Part shown: positions 36,088-45,882 of the stretch, one piece after another
How the letters are laid out: the number at the start of each line of letters is the position of its first letter
How positions within the stretch are numbered: position 1 is the first letter of the stretch
DNA from: Patescibacteria group bacterium UBA2135
Lineage (GTDB): Bacteria > Patescibacteriota > Minisyncoccia > Phycocordibacterales > UBA2135
Direction: 5' to 3'
DNA: 64,000 nt
Assembly: GCA_002327685.1 (NCBI GenBank)
Contig: DCXN01000003.1
Span: 6,981 to 70,980, forward strand
Made by a program: the position numbers and the translations under genes
The notes under the pieces: generated by a model
Databases searched by the model: none
The model's input: the letters and a program-made list of their open reading frames with translations, nothing else
Told to the model about the DNA's origin: nothing

Positions 36088-37491
36088 CTACTTTTTCATC
36101 TCAATAGCAACAAATCTAGGCCCAAATTCACTTTCAACGTACAACAACACATCCGTACGCCCAGCTGTACGCAGTTCATCAAGCACACGCAAAACATCAA
36201 CAACATCAGTGACACTCTGATTTTGAATCTTTGAGATGATATCTCCAAACTTCACGCCCTTTTGCTCAGCAGGACTACCTTTTTCAACTGCAATAACCAC
36301 TACACCCTGTTCATTAATATTATATACCTCACGCAATAACGGAGTAACAAGTGAAAGCGTAACACCTAATTGTGGAATTTTTTGCCCTTTAACAACCTGC
36401 GAATCTTCTTCTTTCTCAGAAGAATCGTCCTCAACCTTACCTATGGTAACAAAAACTTTCTTTTCTTCTGACTCGCGCCACACAGTGACAACGACTTTGC
36501 TGTTGGGTTGAATATTCGCAATCATATGAACCAACATGCGCTTTTCAGAAATTTTTTTCTCGCCCACAAAAAGAATTATATCACCCATCTTGATTCCTGC
36601 CTTGTGAGCTGGACCACCCTCAATCACATGTGTAACGATAACGCTAAACGCTTCTTTATTAAAGCCAAATGCCTTAGCTATTCCTAGAGTTATTGTCTGA
36701 AGATGAACACCAAGCCATCCTCGGCGTACTTCTCCATGTTGAATCAGTTGCTCAACAACAGATTGCGCTATTGAACTAGGGATCGCAAATCCGATACCGA
36801 TATTGACACCGGTTAGTGAAAAATGACCTGAGACAATACCAATGACTTTGCCAAAAATATTAAACATCGGGCCACCCGAATTCCCCTTATTAATGGCCGC
36901 ATCAGTTTGAATAAAACCAACGAAGGAACTGTTACTAAGTTTGCGACCGAGTGCCGAAATAATACCCCAGCTCATTGTGTCAACAAAATCAAGCGGACTG
37001 CCAATTACAATAATCAAATCTCCAACCCGAGCTGTATCAGAATTACCAAACCTCACAAACGGTAATTCTTTTTCTGAATTAATCTTCAAAACAGCAAGGT
37101 CTGTCATTGGATCATGTCCAACAAGTTTTGCATCAAATTCTGCACCATCTAGCAGAACAACAACAATTTCCAAAGCATCTCTAATGACATGAACGTTGGT
37201 CACCACATAGCCATCACTACTGATAATAAATCCTGAACCGGAACTTCTTTGTTTGTGTTTCGGAGCTTGCTTTGGTACAGGAAGATCAGGGACATCGGAA
37301 GGAACTTCGACCCGCTTCACTAAAACACGAACCACAGCAGGACGAACTTTTTCTGCCAAGTCAGCTAAATCAGTTAAGCCAACAGGGTTAACTAGCGTAT
37401 CTTTGGTATATATAAAACAAGCAAAAACAATTGCTAAAGAAAGACATACTGATACCAATACAGTAATTACAGGCACAAGATATCGTTTCAT
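36088..37491 (-). CDS. htrA: HtrA/DegP-family serine protease with two PDZ domains
   Basis: Trypsin-like domain with GNSGGPMFN, then two PDZ domains. N-terminal transmembrane segment. Confidence 0.85.
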   Translation of the reverse strand: MKRYLVPVITVLVSVCLSLAIVFACFIYTKDTLVNPVGLTDLADLAEKVRPAVVRVLVKRVEVPSDVPDLPVPKQAPKHKQRSSGSGFIISSDGYVVTNVHVIRDALEIVVVLLDGAEFDAKLVGHDPMTDLAVLKINSEKELPFVRFGNSDTARVGDLIIVIGSPLDFVDTMSWGIISALGRKLSNSSFVGFIQTDAAINKGNSGGPMFNIFGKVIGIVSGHFSLTGVNIGIGFAIPSSIAQSVVEQLIQHGEVRRGWLGVHLQTITLGIAKAFGFNKEAFSVIVTHVIEGGPAHKAGIKMGDIILFVGEKKISEKRMLVHMIANIQPNSKVVVTVWRESEEKKVFVTIGKVEDDSSEKEEDSQVVKGQKIPQLGVTLSLVTPLLREVYNINEQGVVVIAVEKGSPAEQKGVKFGDIISKIQNQSVTDVVDVLRVLDELRTAGRTDVLLYVESEFGPRFVAIEMKK

Positions 37492-37635
37492 TTGTTGCCC
37501 TTTCTACGTATACGACATATCTAATATTCATATTAAAGACAAGAAAGACGCTTGTCAAAAATTCTTGATTTTTCATACATCATCTGGTACTTTCAAGTCA
37601 GAAGACGAGAGAAATTAGACGACAGGAGACATCTC

Positions 37636-38367
37636 GTGAACACATTCAAAGCACTTACTTTATTGGTGTTTCTTGCTATTTTTGCTTTTTCTCCAGTCCT
37701 TGCGGACGAAAGCAACACTATAGCTCCCACACAAGCAACGGATAAAACACCTTCCAGCTACGATCTGGTCAAAAAAATTTTAGGTAAGGATTTCCTTCCA
37801 CCAGAAGAAGTAACAAAAGCGCGCGGCTTCTATTATCTTAAGACACAGCTTGCTAAATTCAAAAAATCACTTCCTTCAAAAGAAGTGCTTGAGTGGCTCA
37901 AAGCAAACGACTATATGCTCGTTGCCGGTCCTCCGTACACACTCTCACTCTTGAGTATGCAAAGACGCGATGACACGCTATTCTATCACGATAGCGAAGA
38001 AGGATGGTACGCAAACTATAAAGAGAGATTTTTCTACGCCGACACCATCAGTCCAGGTTGGCTCGCGCTCCGTAAGTCATCAGTTCCCGGTTCAACGGAA
38101 AAAACATGGGGTGAACAGCAAGCATCACTTTCAGATAACGAACGCGTTCCAAACGCAGCGGAAGTCGCATGGGGATTGACGACATACCAAAAAGTCCGCG
38201 ACACATACCTCATGAGCGGTAATGTCTTGGTACGAACCTCGTCCGTGAGCTCCAGAGGTGTTCAAGTCTACGTTGGCGGCTTCGCCTCACACAAACTAGA
38301 CATCAACGACTGGAAAGGCGAGGCTCCCAATAGCCACTTAGGTGTTGCCGCCGCTCTAAAACTTTGA
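37636..38367 (+). CDS. Secreted hypothetical protein
   Basis: Signal peptide (NTFKALTLLVFLAIFAFSPVLA). GTG start with an AGGAG RBS. The ORF track extends it upstream to 37552. Confidence 0.45.
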   Translation: MNTFKALTLLVFLAIFAFSPVLADESNTIAPTQATDKTPSSYDLVKKILGKDFLPPEEVTKARGFYYLKTQLAKFKKSLPSKEVLEWLKANDYMLVAGPPYTLSLLSMQRRDDTLFYHDSEEGWYANYKERFFYADTISPGWLALRKSSVPGSTEKTWGEQQASLSDNERVPNAAEVAWGLTTYQKVRDTYLMSGNVLVRTSSVSSRGVQVYVGGFASHKLDINDWKGEAPNSHLGVAAALKL

Positions 38368-38458
38368 GCTTTGAATCCTCAAAGCTCAACCCTCAAACCC
38401 CCGAGCCCCGCTTTTAGCGGGGCTCTTTCCTTGATTGAAAAAATATCACCATGTGTGG

Positions 38459-39241
38459 CTAAACACTAAACACCCTCTTCGCATTCGCCACCAACACCTC
38501 CCGAACTTTCTCAAAATCCTCCCCACGAATTTCAGCGATTTTCTTTACCACTTCTTTAACATAAATCGGCTCATTTCGCCGACCACGATACGGAACCGGA
38601 GCAGCAAAAGGACAATCAGTTTCAGATAAGATTGACTCAAGCGGTAAACCACGCACCACATCATCATAGTCTGAAGTGAAAGTAATCACCCCGGGAAAAG
38701 AAATAGTAAAACCTAGTTCCACATATGCATTCGCCTCCGCAAGCGAACCGGTAAAAAAATGAATGTTGCCGAATAATTTTTCTCCATATATTTTTTTCTT
38801 CTCTTGAAGTATTGCTGTTGTTTCTGTATGCGCATCCCGACAGTGAATCATCAGTGATTTTCCTAACTCCACACCAAGTTCAACGTGTTGCATAAACACC
38901 TCTTTTTGTTTTTCAAGTTCTTTCTCACTCCACTCTTTAGTACGAAATAAATCAATTCCGCATTCACCAATCGCAACAACGCCCTCCTTCTGCGCAAGAG
39001 TTTTATAAAAACTTGTAGAAAATTCCTCTTTTAGAGCATCATTTGGATGAAGCCCCACAGCCGCGAATATTCCATCCTTCACAGAAATCATATCGCACGC
39101 CTTCTGCGATGATTCTTTATCAGTCCCAACAACAACAGTAGAGACACTTTCTTCTTTCATTCGTCCCAAAACCTCCGCCAAATCTTCGTCAAAACCGAAA
39201 AATTGAAGATGCGAATGTGTATCAAAATATTTTGGTATCAT
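38459..39241 (-). CDS. tatD: TatD-family metal-dependent hydrolase (DNase)
   Basis: MIPKYFDTHSHLQF...GLHPN...GECGID.... Confidence 0.85.
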   Translation of the reverse strand: MIPKYFDTHSHLQFFGFDEDLAEVLGRMKEESVSTVVVGTDKESSQKACDMISVKDGIFAAVGLHPNDALKEEFSTSFYKTLAQKEGVVAIGECGIDLFRTKEWSEKELEKQKEVFMQHVELGVELGKSLMIHCRDAHTETTAILQEKKKIYGEKLFGNIHFFTGSLAEANAYVELGFTISFPGVITFTSDYDDVVRGLPLESILSETDCPFAAPVPYRGRRNEPIYVKEVVKKIAEIRGEDFEKVREVLVANAKRVFSV

Positions 39242-39261
39242 ATTTAATTTTTTTTCTTTTT

Positions 39262-39300
39262 ATCTATGGGCTAATTCGTGCGAATAAGCCCATAGATACT
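39262..39300. other. Hairpin with core TTATTCGTGCGAATAA (copy 1)
   Basis: TATCTATGGGC-TAATTCGTGCGAATAA-GCCCATAGATA. The same loop core sits in a perfect 18-bp-stem hairpin at 62493-62532. Confidence 0.5.
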
Positions 39301-39800
39301 AGGATCACTCTTGCTCTGCATCGCTGATAAAAAAGCTCCGCTGAAGCGGAGCAAGCCTTGTTTAACGCAAAGAGTTAAACTCATCGGTGGAAAGTCGCGC
39401 CGCTTCAACGGGGGAAATCCTCTCAACAGGGACTTCTCACTCCTCAGCGGTTGCCCAAAGGGGCTCGCGAACAATCCACCGACGCCGAAAAATGGTTCAT
39501 TCAAATTCGATAACAACAGATATTATAATCGCCCTAATTAATTGAATGCTCCTTTGGCTACATCGCTGGAGCAGGACGGGAAACTGCATCAGTGCTCACC
39601 TGCAAATATCCATTGTCATTGTAACATAAAGCAATCAAATTTGTCAGGCAAAACTAACTAACTACTTACCATCCCAAACAAGCCTTGCAATATAAGGGTA
39701 TTTAGGAAGCAGACAAAATTTTCTTTTGTACTTTTTTGAAGTCACCCCTTCCACAAAAAAGGCCCCAAAGAATGCACACGCACTCTTTGGGGCTTAATTT
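39300..39800. ncRNA. Candidate structured non-coding RNA of unknown class
   Basis: About 500 nt with no protein-like ORF and locally elevated GC (~50%). Multiple short GC stems (GCTCCGC-TGAA-GCGGAGC; GTTTAAC-GCAAAGA-GTTAAAC). The only ORF (39271-39516, minus) has an implausible composition. Confidence 0.3.
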
Positions 39801-39811
39801 ACATCCACTTG

Positions 39812-40114
39812 TCATATTCTATCCCCAGGCTTTTCTCTCTGAATATCTCTCCAGCCTTTCCCCTCCTCTATAGGGCAACTCATGCCTTTGGGAGTGGTAA
39901 GCATAATGGTGAAACTTCCTCCAGACGAGATGAAAACCTCTACCAAATTGCCTTTATTGCTAAGTCCGACAGACTTCAGCGCTTCCGAATGTTCCTTTTT
40001 TAGAAATGCGATGACTCTTTTACGTTCGTAGCAATCAATACTAAAACCAGTGTTTGCCGGCGCCGCACAACCATATATTAAAAACAAGAACAACACAACG
40101 AATAAACACCTCAT
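39812..40114 (-). CDS. Small lipoprotein
   Basis: Signal peptide with lipobox LFLIYGC. Start at the internal ATG, which has an RBS. Confidence 0.5.
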   Translation of the reverse strand: MRCLFVVLFLFLIYGCAAPANTGFSIDCYERKRVIAFLKKEHSEALKSVGLSNKGNLVEVFISSGGSFTIMLTTPKGMSCPIEEGKGWRDIQREKPGDRI

Positions 40115-40171
40115 TTCCCTTCTCCTAGCCAAAATTTACGAACTACAACTAACTACTTTCAGTATGTCAAA

Positions 40172-41662
40172 TTAATCCGCTTTTATCAATACAGTCGGAA
40201 TTCTTACAAACAACGGTTCAGGCGCTTTATTTTCCGCAATCGCTTTTTTAATTTTCTCTGCCGTTTCGGGCAAAAATGGCATTAACATACGCGCAACACC
40301 CATTAGCCCATTCACGAGATACACAATGTCGTTTTTTGCTTTATCTTCATCTTCTTTTATTGTTTTAAACGGTTGAGTCTCTTGAACATAAACATCAAGT
40401 TCACCAATTCGCTTCCAGATAATATCAGCTGTTTTTTGAATTTCATACTGCCCCATCAATTGTTCATATTCCCCTTTCGTTACTTCACTCCAGCCTGAGG
40501 CTGGTCCGCCTTGGGCGGAAAATGTCCCGTCACCGACAACGACAGGTTCTTGAAGATGTGTCTCCGCCATTTTCATAACTCTGCTCACTAAATTTCCCAA
40601 ACCGTTGGCAAGGTTCGCATTATACACTTCTCTAAATTTTTCCATTGTGAAGTCAGAATCTTCAAACGGATGAACGTGACGAGCAAGATAATACCGAAGA
40701 GCATCAGTTCCGTATTCATCAATAATTTTGAATGGGTCAACAACATTGCCAATACTTTTGCTCATTTTCTCTCCCCCGCTGGTAATAAAGCCGTGAATGA
40801 CAATTTGTTTTGATGGAGATAATCCGGCAGACAAAAGCATTGCTTGCCACATTGCCGCCTGCTGACGAATTTGATCTTTCCCCGCAAGTTGTACAACTGG
40901 CCACCACATTTCAAACTTTTTCATGTCATCAGGCCAGCCAACTGTAGAGATATAATTAACAAGCGCGTCAAACCAAACAAACATCACATGCTCATCATCC
41001 CCAGGCACAGCAACTCCCCATGGCATTTTTTCCTTTAATCGTGAAATACTGAAGTCCTTTAAGCCGCGCTCTGCAAGCGCTTTTATTTCATTAAAACGAA
41101 AATCTGGAACAACAAAATCCGGCTGTCTTTCGTAAAGTTCCAATAATGGTTTTTGATATTTTGAAAAACGAAAAAAATAATTTTCCTCGTCAATTATTTC
41201 AAGCTCCTGATTAGAATGAAGCGAACAACATCCTTTTTCATTTAATTCTGAATCAGTTTTTTCTAATTCACATCCAACGCAATATTTTACTTTGTAATTC
41301 TTCTTATAAATATCTCCACTTGCATCGCAACGTTTCCAAAATTCCTGCGCCGCTTTTTTATGACGCTCATCTGTTGTCCGTATAAAATTAAGCCCTTCCC
41401 ATAAATTAAGCGCAGGCTGTAAACGTTTGAATTTTTCCGCATACTCATCCACATACGCCTGCGGTTCAACTCCACCCTCTTGCGCCTTCCTATAAATTTT
41501 TATTCCATGCTCATCCGTTCCCGTATTAAAAAAAACTTCATCTCCATTAAGGACATGATAACGAGCAAGTATATCAGCAGACACAATCTCTAAAGCAAAA
41601 CCGACGTGAGGATCGGCATTTACGTACGGTAGAGTCGTTGTAATGTAAAAGGATTTTTCCAT
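40172..41662 (-). CDS. metG: Methionyl-tRNA synthetase
   Basis: Class I aaRS with PYVNADPHVGFALE (HIGH-like), KMSKSIGNVV, and CxxC...CxxC knuckles. Start at the internal Met (MEKSF...). Confidence 0.9.
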   Translation of the reverse strand: MEKSFYITTTLPYVNADPHVGFALEIVSADILARYHVLNGDEVFFNTGTDEHGIKIYRKAQEGGVEPQAYVDEYAEKFKRLQPALNLWEGLNFIRTTDERHKKAAQEFWKRCDASGDIYKKNYKVKYCVGCELEKTDSELNEKGCCSLHSNQELEIIDEENYFFRFSKYQKPLLELYERQPDFVVPDFRFNEIKALAERGLKDFSISRLKEKMPWGVAVPGDDEHVMFVWFDALVNYISTVGWPDDMKKFEMWWPVVQLAGKDQIRQQAAMWQAMLLSAGLSPSKQIVIHGFITSGGEKMSKSIGNVVDPFKIIDEYGTDALRYYLARHVHPFEDSDFTMEKFREVYNANLANGLGNLVSRVMKMAETHLQEPVVVGDGTFSAQGGPASGWSEVTKGEYEQLMGQYEIQKTADIIWKRIGELDVYVQETQPFKTIKEDEDKAKNDIVYLVNGLMGVARMLMPFLPETAEKIKKAIAENKAPEPLFVRIPTVLIKAD

Positions 41663-41666
41663 TCCA

Positions 41667-42764
41667 TTACGTTTTTTTACTAGACCGTCTCTCTTCCTTT
41701 TCAAGACGCTTTTCTTCTTCAAGCTTGTCTTGTTTATCTTTTTGAATGTCGTCAGTAAATTCAACAAGGGCAGCCGCAATCGGTACCGCAAGGATAATTC
41801 CTAAAAGCCCTGCAAGTTCTGCTCCGACAATAAGCGAAATGATAACTAAAATAGGAGAAACACCAACAACTTTTCTCACAACCAACGGATAAATCAGGTG
41901 GTTTTCAAATTGTTGAATAATAACATAAAGTCCAATAACCATAAGCCCTAGAGAAAAGCTTTGAAGAAAACCTAAAGCAATAGCTGGTATGGAGGCAAGA
42001 ATAGGGCCAAACAACGGAATTAATTCAAACAACGCCGCAAGTACCGCAAGTAAAAGCGCGTACGGTACCCCTAAAATAGTGAGTCCTAAATAGACCAAAA
42101 CACCAATAATAACACCCAGAAGAAGTTGTCCCTGCATCCATTTGCCGATTTTCATTTGCGAGCGATTCCACAGGTCCACTATATATTTTTCATGATGCAA
42201 CGGTGTAATGAGACGAAGAAAATTCTCAATTCCTTTTTTTTGAACTGCAAGATAAAAAGATATAACAATAATAAGTACGAAACTAAAAAGACCACCGAAG
42301 ACAGCGCTTAGAGACTGAACAAGCCCACCAGAAATACCTGTAGCAACATTTCTCAATTCTGCAACTGTCTCTTGAATTGAAAATTCCTGTGAAAATTGCT
42401 CAATAAAGGACTGTCCGCTTAAGAACCCACCGGCTTCTGGCGCAAAGAAAGTCAATGACTCAACATATTGCGGAAATGAGGAAAGAAGACCCGATGTCTC
42501 GTTAAGGAGAGGTGGTAGAAAGAGATAAAAGATTCCAATTAAAACAATTGCAAAAAAGAGATAGATAAAAATGACTGCCAAAACACGCGGTATCTTATAT
42601 CGCTCAAACAATTTTGTCATGGGTTCAATTGCTGATGCAATAACAACAGCAGTGAGAAGCACAAGAACAAGATCGCGCAAAATATATAAAACAACAAAAA
42701 GGAGCGCAACTAAAATTGCCTTGAAAAATGCAGCCGCATTGATGTTAATAGTCGTATTTCCCAT
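41667..42764 (-). CDS. AI-2E family transporter (PerM/UPF0118)
   Basis: 365 aa with eight transmembrane segments and a charged C-terminal tail. Typical AI-2E topology. Confidence 0.75.
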   Translation of the reverse strand: MGNTTININAAAFFKAILVALLFVVLYILRDLVLVLLTAVVIASAIEPMTKLFERYKIPRVLAVIFIYLFFAIVLIGIFYLFLPPLLNETSGLLSSFPQYVESLTFFAPEAGGFLSGQSFIEQFSQEFSIQETVAELRNVATGISGGLVQSLSAVFGGLFSFVLIIVISFYLAVQKKGIENFLRLITPLHHEKYIVDLWNRSQMKIGKWMQGQLLLGVIIGVLVYLGLTILGVPYALLLAVLAALFELIPLFGPILASIPAIALGFLQSFSLGLMVIGLYVIIQQFENHLIYPLVVRKVVGVSPILVIISLIVGAELAGLLGIILAVPIAAALVEFTDDIQKDKQDKLEEEKRLEKEERRSSKKT

Positions 42765-42811
42765 TATTTATACTTTATCACACGAAGATACTCCCGCATA
42801 GGGATATTTCA

Positions 42812-44092
42812 CTACAGACTTTTCGCGAGCAAGGAAAGAAATTGCTTATCGTCTTTTGCGGCAATAGGCCCAATAAGCGCGAGGCTCCCTTTCTCCGGTT
42901 TAAATATATCCTTAGCAATTCTTTTCACATCGCTAGCAGAAACCGCCTGTATATCTCGCGCGCGCTCCTGTGGCGTTTTTAATTTCTTCACCATCACTTC
43001 TTCAAGCCCATAGAATTGCGCGCGGGCATGCGAAGTCTCAAGGGATGAAAACAAATTGCCTGTGAGATAATTTTTCACTTTTTTTAATTCCGCTTCAGAA
43101 ACTAAATCTTGTTTTATCAAACGCACTTCATCTAAAATCGCATGGAGTATTTCCGTCACTCGTTTGTTATCAACACCCGTATATATTGTCAGAAGCCCAT
43201 GGTCAGTCAGCGCATCATGTTCAGCGCCGATGTAATACCCCGCGCCCAGCTGATCACGAATACGATGAAACAAACGCGAACTCATACCGCCACCCAACAC
43301 AGCCGCCAGAACAGAAAGCGCGGCATTGTCTTTGTGCCCCGCGCGATATCCGCGAAACCCAAGTGCGAGATGCGTCTGGCTTGTTTTTTTATGCTTGATA
43401 AATACTCGCGGTTTATCCTGCGCATCTTTTGTTTTTTCTTTTTTACCCTTTCTTGATGTGGAAATGTCAGAGAACGCATTTTGTACCGCGCGAACAACTC
43501 CTTTTTCGTCATATTTCCCCGCGACAACAACAACCGTTGAGGAAGCAACATAATGCTCTTGTTTGTACGAAACTATATCTTCACGTTTTATTCGCCGCAC
43601 AGTATCACGAGTTCCTGCGATTGGCCATCCGGCCGGCTGATTACCATACAACAAATCGGTCAAAACGTCCCAAATGTCCCGCCGTGGATCATCTTCGTAC
43701 ATTTCAATCTCGCCAACAATAACACCTCGTTCCTTTTCAATCTCTTCTTTAGGAAGTGTAGAATTAAGATAAATGTCTGACAGCACATCAAGAACGCGCT
43801 TGAGGTGCCGTGACTCTGTTTTTGCGTAATATCCGGTATATTCAAGGCCTGTAAAAGCATTATACTGCGCGCCAAGACCGTCAAGTTCTTCCGAAATAGC
43901 TTTTGAACTCGGCCTTTTTACAGTACCCTTAAAACAAAGATGCTCCAAAAAATGCGAGATACCGTTAATACGTTTTGTTTCGTATTTAGAACCAGTTTCA
44001 GTTAACACCAAAACAGTCGTGGTAAGACTGTTTTTCATGGGAACTAAAATAACCCGCACACCATTTTTCAATGTTTTCTTTTTAAATTTCAT
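42812..44092 (-). CDS. M16-family zinc peptidase (pitrilysin-like)
   Basis: HxxEH motif in GISHFLEHLCFKGT. Confidence 0.8.
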   Translation of the reverse strand: MKFKKKTLKNGVRVILVPMKNSLTTTVLVLTETGSKYETKRINGISHFLEHLCFKGTVKRPSSKAISEELDGLGAQYNAFTGLEYTGYYAKTESRHLKRVLDVLSDIYLNSTLPKEEIEKERGVIVGEIEMYEDDPRRDIWDVLTDLLYGNQPAGWPIAGTRDTVRRIKREDIVSYKQEHYVASSTVVVVAGKYDEKGVVRAVQNAFSDISTSRKGKKEKTKDAQDKPRVFIKHKKTSQTHLALGFRGYRAGHKDNAALSVLAAVLGGGMSSRLFHRIRDQLGAGYYIGAEHDALTDHGLLTIYTGVDNKRVTEILHAILDEVRLIKQDLVSEAELKKVKNYLTGNLFSSLETSHARAQFYGLEEVMVKKLKTPQERARDIQAVSASDVKRIAKDIFKPEKGSLALIGPIAAKDDKQFLSLLAKSL

Positions 44093-44223
44093 CCCGTTAG
44101 AGGTAGGACACGGTCTCCGTAAACCAACCCTACATAATTAAACTTTTGAATTTTTAAACTTTTAAATCTTTAAATAATATGTGCTATGTATGTTCCCATA
44201 ATGACCATGGCTTCGTACGGGAT

Positions 44224-45594
44224 TCATCGTAATTTTGTTGTCAATTCTTTAACAGAAACTCGCTCCTGTTTTCCAGTATCCCTATCACGCACCGTCACAC
44301 TGTCATTTTCAAGAGTTTCAAAATCAATCGTAACGCAATTCGGCGTACCAATCTCATCCTGCCGACGATAGCGTTTACCAATATTCCCATTATCGTCCCA
44401 CATTATTTCAGGAATTTCTTTTTTCAACGCACCAAAAACTTCTTCTGCTTTTTTTACTAATTCCGGCTTATTGCGCATAAGAGGAAAGACAGCCGCTTTA
44501 ATAGGGGCAATGCTTGGCTTCAAACGCAACACAACTCTTTTCTCGCCGTTCATTTCGTCTTCATCGTAACTCTCCGCAAGCACCGCAAGTATTGTGCGAT
44601 CCAACCCCGCAGATGTTTCAACAACATAAGGAATATAACGCTCTTTCGTTTCTTCGTCCATCACCCTGAAATCAACTCCTGAAAACTTTTGATGTTGAGT
44701 AAGATCATAATCACCACGATTATGAACACCCTCAAGTTCATCCCAACCAAACGGATATTTATACTGTATATCCCAGGCGTCTCTTGCATAAAATACCAAA
44801 TGTTCATGTTGCTTCCATCGTAAGTTTTCCTTTTTTATACCAAGATCAATATAATATTGCATACGCTCTTTCTTCCAGTCTTCGTATGCTTTTTCCGCAT
44901 CGCGTGGATGTACAAAATACTGCATTTCCATCTGCTCAAATTCGCGTTTTCTAAAAAGAAATTGTCGCGGACTGATTTCGTTTCTAAATACTTTACCGAC
45001 TTGAGCAATACCAAAAGGAACATTATAAAAACCGGTATTCAGTACATTTTTAAAATTAATAAAAATACCCTGCGCAGTCTCCCCGCGAAGATACGCTTCT
45101 TCGTCTTCTTCCTCAAATTTTCCAAGTGTGGAGGTCGCTAAAAGATTTTTCTGCACAACCTTTCCAAAATTTTTCTTTCCACATACCGGGCATTTGAGTT
45201 TCTCTCGGTTAGTATCAAATAATTCATTCAACTCTGTTTCAGACATTTTTTCATCTGCCTGCACATCTACACTTTCCAAAAGATGATCCGCTCGCAACTT
45301 ACTATGGCAAGAAAAACACACAACCAGCGGATCATTGAAGCCTGACACATGTCCGCTTGCTTCCCACACTTTGGGTGAAGTAAAAATACTTGAATCAAGA
45401 AAAGCCATTTTCCCATGCATCCGCATCGTGCGCATCCACGCATTTACTATATTCTGCCGAAGCGCTACTCCGTGATGCCCATAGTCATACATTCCGGCAA
45501 ATCCGCCATAAATCTCTGACCCTTGAAATACAAAACCCCGCCTTTTAGTAAGACTTACTATTTTGTCTAATTTGGATAAATTGTTGTTTTCCAT
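44224..45594 (-). CDS. glyQS: Glycyl-tRNA synthetase (single-chain class II)
   Basis: Class II motifs and a C-terminal anticodon-binding domain. Start at the internal Met (MENNNLSKLDK...). Confidence 0.85.
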   Translation of the reverse strand: MENNNLSKLDKIVSLTKRRGFVFQGSEIYGGFAGMYDYGHHGVALRQNIVNAWMRTMRMHGKMAFLDSSIFTSPKVWEASGHVSGFNDPLVVCFSCHSKLRADHLLESVDVQADEKMSETELNELFDTNREKLKCPVCGKKNFGKVVQKNLLATSTLGKFEEEDEEAYLRGETAQGIFINFKNVLNTGFYNVPFGIAQVGKVFRNEISPRQFLFRKREFEQMEMQYFVHPRDAEKAYEDWKKERMQYYIDLGIKKENLRWKQHEHLVFYARDAWDIQYKYPFGWDELEGVHNRGDYDLTQHQKFSGVDFRVMDEETKERYIPYVVETSAGLDRTILAVLAESYDEDEMNGEKRVVLRLKPSIAPIKAAVFPLMRNKPELVKKAEEVFGALKKEIPEIMWDDNGNIGKRYRRQDEIGTPNCVTIDFETLENDSVTVRDRDTGKQERVSVKELTTKLR

Positions 45595-45744
45595 ACGCAG
45601 TTTTAATGCACACATCGGCGAGGCTCGCCTCTTAGGCGGCCCGCCTTTTGGCAAGTGAAACTATTTTTGATAATTTATCCATAAATTGCTTACAACTTTC
45701 AACTGTTTCTATGGCGAAAATTAAATCATCACGGTTTCGTTGTT

Positions 45745-45882
45745 CGTCATAGGTCGTAGGTCGTTCGTTGTAGGTCGTTCGTTGTAGGTTGTTTGTCGTA
45801 GGTCGTTCGTTGTAGGTCGTTCGTTGTAGGTTGTTTGTTGTAGGTTGTTTGTTGTAGGTTGTTTGTTGTAGGTTGTTTGTTA
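45745..45882. repeat. Tandem repeat, 14-bp period x ~10
   Basis: (C/T)GTTGTAGGT(C/T)GTT repeated. Lies between the 45880-47808 gene stop and the glyQS start. Confidence 0.8.

Noticed and set aside
39388-39410. RNase P RNA suggested by GGAAAGTC in the 39.3-39.8 kb non-coding segment
   Set aside because: The P4 partner strand and the conserved ACAGARA / GGCUUA context are missing. Not enough to call RNase P.
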